Position numbers and translations under genes: made by a program. This document shows, in pieces, positions 53,101-64,000 of a stretch of DNA of 64,000 nt (position 1 is its first letter; every line of letters starts with the position of its first letter). Source of the stretch: Bugula neritina (lineage: Eukaryota > Animalia > Bryozoa); assembly GCA_964035545.1 (NCBI GenBank), contig OZ037769.1:10880633-10944632 (forward strand). The letters are read 5' to 3'. Under the pieces are notes generated by a model that saw only the letters and a program-made list of their open reading frames with translations, was not told the origin of the DNA and searched no databases.

Positions 53101-56100
53101 ACCTCAGCTTTCAGTTTGCTGATTTCTGCCTCCTTAGCGGCGTTGAACTTGGCTGATTCAACTTCCAACTTCTCTATTTGGGTGCAAAGTTTTCTAATTT
53201 CCATTTGCTTGTCCTAGAAGTGTGAACATATTTACTCGTATTTCACAATTTCAGATACAAAATGATATAAAACATACAATAACCCAAATAGCAGCTTAAC
53301 CTGCAGTAACTCTAACTAATATTAACTTTAACAGTAACTGACTAGCAGTAGCTCTAATTAATAGTAACTCTTACTAGCAATAACTCTAACTAACAGCAAC
53401 TCTAACTGTAACTGTAACAGTAACTCTATCAACAGTAACTCTAACTAATGTTAGCTCTAACAGTACCAAAACTTTCAGTAACTGGGTCTCACTTGTATCA
53501 TTTTAGCACACTCTTCTTGGAAAGCCTCTTTTTCAACTTTGTAGGCCGTTAGCTCACTATCTAGTTTCTCTAACTCGGCATCTTTCTCCTTAACGGCGCT
53601 GTGCAGAACAAGGGCAAGGCTACCTGGAGAAATTCAGATGTCATGATTTTCTACTTATTTTGGTGTTATTACACTGCCAATAGTTGTAACCAGCTGTGGA
53701 GTTGTGCTCACATGATAAATACATAGTACGTACATCTTATGCTCAATAACGACAATATTTATCCTAATAAGGAAATAAATCATGAGACATATTATTACAA
53801 TATACTAATTAACTTTATTTATTTTATATATATTATATGATATAACTTAAACTGTGCTTTCCTATATAATCAATATAATATATAATCAATGTATAATATT
53901 TATACAATTAATGTATTATATAATCATCATATTATGTGATTAACAGATTATGTAGTTATCTTATTACATAATTAACATATAATTATAGTTAACATATTAT
54001 ATAACTAAAATGTTGTATTATATCATACCCTAGTTTTGATTGGCTATAACAGATCACAATGCATACTGCTCTATAATATTGAAAAATCTAACCTATTTCA
54101 CTATAGAACTTGTCTATGTTTTCTCCCTGTATTTCATCAGTAGATTTGGTCTTAGTAATGAGCTCCATATGCTTGTGCTGAATTTCTTTGATCTGCTGAG
54201 TCAGCTGTAATATCTCCTTTTCTTCCGGTATTTTGGTAGGCGTGGTTACCGGCTTGCTCACCTGCTTCAAGCTCTGTATCTCTCTATCTTTAACTTTCAA
54301 CTCAAGCATCAACTTCTCTTGTAAATCGTGCAGCTCTCTATTTCTGTCTTCACACTTGAGTTTCCAGTGTAGCGCAGCTCCCTCTTTCTCTTCAGCTACT
54401 GCCTTTGATTCTATGGACTCTTTTCTCACTACCCGCAATTCAGCTTCTCTTATCTCTAATTTTTCTTTCAGAGTTTTCTAATGCATAATAAGATATTCAT
54501 ATTTTATGCACATATCTTTTGCTATGTTTAACTCATACAATACTTATATGTAAATACGATACAACACAACTTACTTCCATGTAGCCAATTTCTTCCTTTT
54601 CGTTCTGTCGTTCTTTCTCGAACTTCATACCTTCTCTTTGGAGTTGTTCTTCCATGTCTACTTTTTCCATTTTCATAATTTCCAACTTAAGCTCTGCTGA
54701 CTTTAGTGCTGCCTGCTGTTTCTGCATCTCGTGAGATATCTCCTCGTAGCTTATCCTGTCACACAGTGATCACATCACGTGAACTGACAGCTAAAGTAAC
54801 CTTCAGCTGCTACATGCATGGACTCAAAAAATTAATTGTACTGTTTTCATTTTTTTAAAACTAGAGTCGATTATTTTCCCATGTTATGTAATTTCCTAAA
54901 AGATTTTTAACATTATTGAATGCACTAATTTAGTTACGTTTAATCTAAGTAGTCACCAATAGTTGTCCAAAACCTTTCCTGCGACTTTTTACCTAGACCG
55001 CCATTAGTTTTACCTAATCATTACTGTACTAGCATGAAGATAAACATCAAAGTAAATGTGGTCACTATTTAGTATTCACCTTGCTTCCTCAGCCTCTCCT
55101 CTAAGTTTTGGTATGAGATTTAGTTTCATAGCTGTGAGTTCTTTGTTCTTCTGAGCCAGGTCAAAGTTCACCGACTCTACCATCTCCAACTTCTCACACA
55201 ATTTCTTCATTTCCTGTCAAGAAATTATCGGGTGATGAAAGTTAGATGCTCTGCTAACTTTACAGGATGGTTTCTCTTTTATAAATTACAAGTAATTTTA
55301 TTCGATATCATATCTATGTTTTATTGCCAACTGCTAAGCTATGCTTCCAGCAATCATAACGACTCTCTTACTCCTTACATTTACTGATACCTTGTATTCA
55401 CTGATACCTTACATTTACTGACACCTTACATTCACTGATACCTTATATTTACTGATACCTTATATTTACTGATACCTTACATTTACTGATACCTTACATT
55501 TACTGATACCCTACATTTATTGATACCTTACATTCATTGATACCTTACATTCATTGATACCTTACATTCACTGATACCTTGTATTCACTGATACCTTACA
55601 TTCACTGATACCTTACATTTACTGATACTTTACATTTACTGATACCTTATATTCACTGATACCTTACATTCACTGACACCTTACATTCACTGATACCTTA
55701 TATTTACTGATACTTTACATTTACTGATACTTTACATTTACTGATGCTTTATATTTACTGATACCTTACATTCACTGATACCTTACATTTACTGATACCT
55801 TACATTCACTGATACCTTGTTACTCTGCAGGTCAATAATCTCGCTAACAAGTGCCCCCATCTGCTCAGCGTAGTTTGTTTTAGCCGTGAGAAACTCTGGG
55901 TCCTTACTAATCATCAGTATTTTGTGTCTCTGAGTGAGCTCTTCCATCTCCACCTGCAATCTACTCAGCTCCATTTCCCCCTTCTTTATCCGCTCCCTGT
56001 ATCCAATCAAGTCTTTCTCCCCTGTCTCTGGGTTTACTTGCAGCACCTTCTCATACTAGCAAAATAAAAATATTTTATTGAGAGAGTCTAGCTCAATTAG

Positions 56101-59100
56101 GTATCATTACAAATATGGTTTCGCTGGTGCTGAATTTTTTTCAGTGTTCGAATAAGAGAATTATCTGCCCGCCTGTGGAAGTAACTTTGTCCTTTTGTCT
56201 CAACTAATGGACGTTTTTAATTATTTTAATTATTATTTTCCAAAAAGTTGTTTACCGTTGTCTTCTATTTTAAGGTCAAATTGAATGGAATTAACTACCA
56301 ATTGAAGGTATTCTAAATTTACAAAGCAAATGATGACGAAGTCTGGCATTCTAACATGTAATTATGTGATGTTGAAAAGTTTTTTATAGTTGATAGAAGT
56401 ATTGAATGGTTGTACTCAAAATTTGCAAAACTGTATATCATATTTCCATTTCTTTTTAAAATTAATACTTATACTGTCTGAAATAAAGTTTTAGCGTCAT
56501 TGAATATTGGCATTTTAGTTATTTTAAATATTACTTTTGCTGTATCTTTGCACTTTGTCCCTCCAAACAGAACAGAACTTTCATTAGGTATTTCAAAATT
56601 TTATCCTACTTTTAATTAAAATCATTTGCTAAATTTTTTTTTAGCTATTACAATTTGGCAATAACTGAATTAGGCCTGACATTTATCTTTTACTTTACTT
56701 TACTTTCCGGCATAATAGTTTCAATTTCTCTGCTAAAGAGTTTCATGTCATAAATTTAAGAACAAAATATTGTATTGAATGTTTTGTTAGCACCTGTTTC
56801 AAAGAGCTGTTGAGCTCAATGAGGGCCGCGTCCTTCTCCATCATGGAGGTGCTCAGTCTACGGTTTTCTTCCTCCAACTTTTCTAGTGACTTCTTCATTT
56901 TTTGGGATTCCTCAGTCATGATGGCTGTGTGTGTTAGAAGATTAATTTAAATTCAACTCAAAGCACTACTTTGTAAAAATTAGTTACGAAGAATAGTTAA
57001 TTCAAAATTTATAATTTTTTACACTGCTTGACAATACCTAGCATGCACACCTGACACAACCTAACATTAAATATGTGTAGTATAAGATATAACTATATGA
57101 TATAAGAATGCATGATATTTTAATGATTGAATTATGTAAGTATATCTTAATATTTAGTTTTTCATTTATTTCAACAAGGCACTTAGTGTTCTGTTGGGTA
57201 GTGAGATACCAAAAGTAATAGAAAAAGACAGCTGATCTATGTTTTATTATGTCAAATCTAGATTTTTGCATCAATTTGTAATCATGTTCCTTACAACTGC
57301 ATATTGTCAAAGTGTAGCAGGCATATCATACTCTAGGGATTGGAATCAAACATATACATGAAAGACAACTCCAGTACCATATCCAGTACAACATTTAATA
57401 ATCTGTCAACTCACCAACCAATTGGGTTTTACTCGCTCCTGTCATTTCAGTTAAGTCAACCTTCTGGAACTTGCTTTGACTTCCAGTTCTGCTCTTTTTG
57501 TGAGTTATCTCCCCTGACAACAGTTTATTCTGTGCCACAAGAATTCTCTGCTGCTCTGCTAAGTGATCCTTTAGTCGAGTAATCTCTTCTTCTCTCTGTT
57601 TCACTATGTAGGCTACGGTACTGTCCCCCGTTCTTGCACTGAAAAGTATAGAAACTACCGTACGCTACTCTGCTACTGCACGGAATTGTCACATGTTTGG
57701 TAATTATCTCTCCTTGCAAAACCATGTCGTCATAGATTCACAACATTGAATACAACACGAGTACGCCTACTGAAGTTTAGGCTAGAATACTGGGAATAAG
57801 AAGTTTTTATATCAAAAGAATAGACAACTCCTTGCTCTCCTGTGTAGCATTTCTACTGTTGCATGGGCATTTGCACATGTTTGACCAAATTTATATTCAG
57901 ATGGTATAATCAAAACTCGAGGCTTGTTCCATTATATACATGTAGATTGCAATAATCTTTCATCTGGTTTATATTCCCTCGGGTCATTTGTTTAACAGTT
58001 TTCATCATAGTTTGTTAGAGAGAGTTTTATGTAAAACCAAGTATTGTACTATTCTTATGTTTAGCTATAACATGTTAATGAAGAAAATAACATGCCAATA
58101 GTGAGATTTGAGCTCTTGTGACTCGTAATCTATTTATTCTAGGCTCTGGCCAGAAAGCTGAATCATGCTAGTGTTCATTTCCAATAGCCAAGTTATAACA
58201 TTTTCACCCGCTACAGCCATTTTGTGTGCTTACTTAGCAAAGTCCTTCAGATCTTCTTCGCACAGTCTAAGCTCTCGTTGCAGCTTTTCATTTTCTACTT
58301 CAAACTTTCTGGCTTTTCTTTTCTCTAGCTCAAGCTCTGCAGTGGTTTCTGCTCTGGTCTCCACTGGGTGCTACAACGTAGTAAACTCAATGTCTACTAC
58401 TACTGTATTCTGGGACATATAATACAATAAACGTGTCGTTACTCATGTATTTTCTATAACCAAACATCATGTGAAGACAACTTGAGCTCAGCATACCTGC
58501 AGAACTTCTCTTAATGCCTCCATTTCCTCCTTCAACATGTTGTTCTGCTCAGTCAGTCTCTGAATCATCTGAATTCTGTTTTTCTGAATATAATTTGGAG
58601 TTATCCTTTCACATCACTTCACATAGCAATTTAGTTATACACTACAAGGTTACTAACGTACTGTGTTGTATAATATAGTACTTACAAGTTGATATTTGAC
58701 CATGTTGTGCTCAGACTCTGTTACCATGTTACTCATATCCTACATTAGAAAACACTTCAGTTTTGTTTGGTAGAAAATTTATGTGATGTATTACACCATG
58801 TAATGTTCATTGTAGCTAATTGAGTTAATAAACTAAAAAACTCACATAGGTTTATAGTCCTACTTGTACTACTGTAACAACATACTTACTCAGCTCCACT
58901 TGTACCACACTGACAACTTACTGGCTGATGATCTTCTTTCACTGTCTTCACCTCAGACAAGGTTATCTTCTCTTTTTCATCTTCATCCTATAAAGACACA
59001 GTTGGGCACATCAAATGTAATTCAACTTCATAATTCTCTCAGCTTTCTAATTAAGTTTAGAGTTGAAATTTAAATTTGGTGTCTTTTGAAAATGGATAAT

Positions 59101-62100
59101 TTCTAGTTCAATCATAAGCAAATTAAAATTTCCATCTGCTTCCATTCTCTTCCCTCTTTATAGTCCTGTAGAGCTCTCAGTATTTTATCGTACTGCTGTA
59201 CCCATGTGCTAATTAACCTGCTGTTATGAATATGATGGCAAAGTGCGGAATTATTATATGGACAAACCATCGCTTGTTTTCTGACAAGGTTTATACTATA
59301 AAACTAGTTTTAATAAACTTTACAGCAATATCTCTTCTTTTTTTATTCATATTCTTGAGTTTTGAAATATATTCTAGTAGTTATTTCACAAATGGTTGGA
59401 ATAGCACTTTTTCTAAGAATTATAGTAGTAAATCTATTGTCAGTTTAGACCAGCTCTTTGAAAATGCTAAACTGTGAAATTTACGCACATTATAAAACCA
59501 TATCGAGGTATCTATTTCATTACTATAGCTACTACCACACTATCAACTACTACAGTTTTATTGCTCACGATAACATTGACATGAGCCCAAGATTAAAATG
59601 TATGAGTGTACAATAGACATTTTTGTGTCTTATTTGTTTTATGTTCATTTTGTTATTAAAAAGAAAGATAGTTTCTATTAAATTTTTCAAGAAGGAATTT
59701 TTCTTCGAGTAAATAGTGTTTGGATTAAAACCAGGAATCTGACTGGTTACTGAAAACTAATTCTTATGTATTATTGTATAATTATGTAACACAGTTTTGA
59801 ATGGTATATAGGAATTTAGTTAAAGTCAGCGAATAAAGTAGTCAGAACATACCTTATCCAAATCAATATTAGCAGCAGTCATGCTAGCCAATGACCTGAG
59901 TGATTTCACTTTCTCAATGACGGAGTCTGCATTCTTCATGGCGTCGTATGCATTTCTCATTGTTGTGCTAACATCTCCTTCTTCTTCCTGAAAATGAAAA
60001 CATTTTATAAAAGACACCGTAAAATATTTTGGGAAATGTTGAGAGAAATTAGCTGACAAGTGTTTTTCATATTAATTGTTAATTAGTTACAAGTAAATAT
60101 TGTGGTGCCCGTTCTATTTCGGATGCGAACAGTCGGCATTTTCACTTTACACTCTCACAAACTCATTCACAATGTTTGACATTAGGAATTATCTTACCGT
60201 CATCTCATCCAACCTGACTTTCATATCCAGATTCTGAGCTTTTGATTTGTTGAGTTCCGATCTCAGCCAATCATTCTAAAGATCAAAACATGTGTACTTC
60301 ACTTCAGTATAATAACTGCAGCACTGGTGCTCTGCTTGAGTTCAACTTCTAATGTCTACTCTTGTACTGTTTATATCGTAACTAATATGTTTGTATATAG
60401 TAATTATTAACCTCTTTGCTTTCAACTTATTTTTAGTAACGTCTGCTTATTAGTTCCATATTTTTTCACAGAACAGTTGAACGACTCTCACCTCTTTAGT
60501 CAATGTGTTAACAGAGGCTTGCAATGACTCATGCTCACTGTTCCCCCCTCTACTCGCTCCCCCTCCAACTACACTGGAATACTCCACATCCGACACTGGC
60601 ATATGATTATAGTTTCTCTCACTGAAACAATCTTCTTGTTGACCGCAGAAGTTGAAAGTTCTGGTAGCTGGATTCTGTGCGTACATGAAGGTGGGAGTGG
60701 CCGGGTCTTCTGCACCCTCTTCCATCTCTGATGACTCACCACACTCATCCCTGCTGTCTGTGATGCTCACCTCGTATCTTGCTGGTAAAACTCGCTGAAT
60801 TACTCCCTTTCTTGTTCTACACATTAGATACTCAAGTAAACAGAAAATAATGGTGGTCATATTTGGGGTTTGGTAACCTTATTAATCAAATTCCTGAGAT
60901 GGGTTACCAGGCTTTCAGGAACAAATTTTTTTTCTAATAATAGACTTGTAAGCACAGTAGATGCTAAAAGTTACAGCTGCACACCAATTAGGATTATAAG
61001 AGATTCACCACAACCATTTTCATAGTTTTTACAGTAGAAGTTACCTTTCTCTTTCTTTGTCCACAAAGACACAGAGTTTGTTACACAGTAAAGAAATTGC
61101 CTCCCCTTTCTCTACACAATCTAGACAGTCAGTTTCAGGGTCATAAAGGTCATTACATCTATAATAGATCATTACATTGACTCATGGGTTTTGTAAGTGT
61201 AGTTTGCCTCCTTCAAAGCATTGTAATTATTATTCTTTCATAAACTTACTTATAGTAAAGTTATCAAAGAATAATTATAAAGAATTCATCAAGTTTAGGT
61301 CAGAGGCAAGTATAAAACAGAAAATGTTTGAGTTATCAAGAAATCATTTCTTTACTTCGAAAAAATTTGACTAATTGTTTACTTTGAGCTTATAAAATCA
61401 TGCTGTATTGTCCTGTAATATTCATTACACAATTGGTATAGGATAATTATTTATAAATGAATCAAACTACAAGCTGGATGTAATTTAAAACTTTCTCTCA
61501 TGTTAGTAGCAAATCTTCTGTGGTCTTAGCTGTATTGATTTCATGAAGTTTCTAATCTCCAATGCACTGTGTTGTGTGTGTCAAAGTTGTAGTAGTACTA
61601 CTGTAGCTTACTTAAAATAATATTATAGTACAATATTTTATAGTTACAAAGGATGTGTTTAAAAGTAAAATAATTTAGATCTTTTTTACTCATATTATAG
61701 TTCAAGATTTTAAATATAGATTACGGGTTTTCAGTATCAATATTCAGTATCCACATACTAGTTTATAGACATACAATTTAACAATATGATGTAGAGTAGG
61801 ATTTTTAAAACACACTTTACTTAAAAAATTTTCAACTACAGCATTTTTTATAAGAAAGTTTAAAAAAATATTTTCTCTGGGCTTTTGCTAAAAACTCGAT
61901 GCACCATTGTTCAAGATAGAATATATGACTACATTTCAAGAATGAGGTTTTGTTGTGTATTCTTTGGTTACACAACATCTGGTTTTAACATTCAAATTGA
62001 TAATTCTATTTTATCACAGCCGATTCTTACAGAGTATCCAGAATAACTTACTCGTTTGCAACTCTGAGTAGAGAAGATAACTCTCTTCTTTGATTTGCGT

Positions 62101-62528
62101 CTTTTCCTTTCACGGCTGCATATGAGGGACTGAACTGTTTCCCTCCGCAGTCAGTGAGTTGGTTGTGTTGAACTGTAGGAACTAAGGCGTCAATTGTCTC
62201 TATTACAATGTCTTCATGCTGGTCACTCATATGCTTGATTGTCTTATTAGCTTCCTCCATGGCTATCTCATACCTCACTATCTCATTCTGGAGATCCGTC
62301 ACAGTTCTTCTCCACTCTCCAATTTCCTGTGAGTATCCAACAAAGTTTTATTATAAAGTCATGAAAAGTTTCTATTTACTTTGCTGTCTGTTATTGTATC
62401 AACTTTTTTTGATCAACTTGTAAAAATGAAAATTGTGTAAAGTTTCAATGAATTGCATTTTGTGTTGATTGCCTCCTGTCACTATCTCAACCATTAAACA
62501 TATTATATGCTACTGGCACAGCTACTGG

Positions 62529-62559
<31 letters not shown>

Positions 62560-64000
62560 ATTACTTACTCTTTGGTATTTCTTTTCAACTTGTGAAGTAT
62601 TTCTCATAGCATTGTCAACATCTGCTTGCTTGCTAGACAATTTTTCTTTCCAACATTGCACTTCTTCCAAATGTGCTTCATTAGTGTCTTCGATTTTACT
62701 GTCAAGTCTTACTAACTCATTCTCTAAAGTCCTGACTCTACACTGACTAGCTTCTAGTTCCTAATAGACGCAAGGCAAGTATTGACATATATGGACATGT
62801 GTGGACATTTACAGGCATGTATGGACATGTATAGACATGTATGAACATGTATAGACATGTATGAACATGTATAGACATGTATAAACATGTATGGACATGT
62901 ATGAACATGTATAGATATGTATGAACATGTATGGACATGTATGAACACGTATAGACATTTATAGACATGTATGAACATGTATGGACATGTGTAGACATGT
63001 ATGGATATGTATAGGTAGTCATGTATAAACATGTTTAGAAATGTATTGGCATGTGTAGGTAGACATGTATAGACATGTACAGACATATATAGACATGGCG
63101 TATAGACACATAGGGACATATACATGTAGATATGAACACCATAAACAAAAAAATATGAATACAATATGAGAAATAATGCCGTAAAACTGTTCAGTTGTGA
63201 CTAATAAAGAATTAAATTGCAGATAACTCTTGAATGCTGGCTCATCTGTGATTCTCATCCACTGCATCCACATATAAACTCATATAATTTTACTTCCGTG
63301 AAATAAATGCCATTAGCTCAAGTAGTAGTACATAATATAACAGCTAAGCCACGTGTATTTCAATTTACGGGCATTCAAATATTCTTAACTCTAAAACTTT
63401 AAGCACCGTATAATCTTTTTTTTCACTTTTTAACGTCATTTCATCAAGTCCTTACGAGTATGCTAGTTAAAAGGATAGTTTCCATATGAAGTGTAAGACT
63501 TTAGCGTTGGTAAGTTATTCTTACAAAGGGTTTGGTTATGCTTGCAGTTTATTTGAATGATCCAACATCCAATACAGGAATAAAACGAAACTCACAATTC
63601 TTAATTTCACATTTACTTCCTCAGCATACTCTTTGGAAATGTTTGTCTCCTCTGCAGACGTTTTTAGTTCTTCTTTGCATCTGTTAGCCTAAAGAATGTA
63701 AAGAAATTGGCAATAACATAGTAGATGTCAAGGCCAATTAGTATTGTCTAATATAACAATTTAAGTGAGGTTCTATAAGTAATTGTATTATGCAGCAAAT
63801 TAATAGAAGCGTTACTGAATCAACTCATGCTATGTTTTATTCAAATTAATGAATAATCTTTATTTAAACATAAGTTTTTGACAAATATGATTGCTCACTT
63901 ACAAGTTTGAGTTTTTCTTGGTAATGTCGGATTTCTCCTTTTAAAGAGCCAATTTCTTCTTGCAAACATTTTTCTGTAGAAGAAGCTTTGCATAAGCTGA
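50167..64000 (-). CDS. Long multi-exon coiled-coil protein, family unassigned, 5' end outside the window
   Basis: More than 20 GT-AG-flanked E/K/Q/L-rich exons, for example ~62760-62569, 62326-62052, 60818-60492, 59987-59853, 56056-55817, 54477-54093, 52399-52210, 51900-51735, and a K/S/A/P-rich last exon 50415-50167. Some junctions are ambiguous and no diagnostic domain was recognised. Confidence 0.75.
53305..53482. repeat. Degenerate (AGTAACTCTAACTA)n satellite next to a minus-strand donor
   Basis: Repeated TAACTCTAAC variants starting about 10 nt inside the intron whose donor is at ~53493. Confidence 0.75.
55373..55819. repeat. 17-bp minisatellite (~26 copies) whose unit spans an exon/intron junction
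   Basis: Minus-strand unit AAG|GTATCAGTRAATGT. The first copy is the real donor of exon 56056-55817. Confidence 0.95.
62783..63135. repeat. 10-bp minisatellite (ACATGTATRR)n
   Basis: About 30 degenerate copies, ending about 20 nt from a minus-strand acceptor at 62761-62762. Confidence 0.92.

Noticed and set aside
62747-63273. His/Tyr/Cys-rich ORFs (also 8444-8698, 16447-16951, 45410-45756)
   Set aside because: Translations of micro- and minisatellites, or alternative frames over real exons.
63290-63470. Possible Helitron-like fragment ending in CTAGT
   Set aside because: No clear terminal hairpin and no second copy in the window, so support is insufficient.

Overview
This is an AT-rich, intron-dense eukaryotic window, most likely from an invertebrate animal; the species cannot be determined from sequence alone. 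Most ORFs in the six-frame track are exon fragments or repeat artefacts. Reading splice sites by hand gives seven multi-exon genes: a short FAM184-family coiled-coil gene (-, 1571-6901), casein kinase 1 gamma (+, 13783-24197), TSNAXIP1 (-, 25270-31701), RMI1 (+, 32362-39234), LZTFL1/BBS17 (-, 44859-47491), TPRKB/CGI-121 (+, 48000-49779), and a long unassigned coiled-coil gene (-, 50167 to past the window end). Two pairs are head-to-head. Repeats include three copies of a tRNA-derived SINE with target-site duplications (TSDs), several MITEs (two with 8-bp TSDs), a probable solo LTR, two hammerhead-like cores abutting (AT)n tracts, and many minisatellites. The best novel candidate is a two-exon 99-aa gene (-, 41387-42517) that the ORF track misses. 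It looks like a secreted peptide precursor: hydrophobic segment, KR site, then a 35-aa Gln-initiated peptide with CxxxCxxxC. A possible decayed paralogue lies just upstream. The second pattern is that minisatellites repeatedly start at splice donors, and several amplify the donor itself. The CK1-gamma also carries SIG in place of the family's SIN motif.
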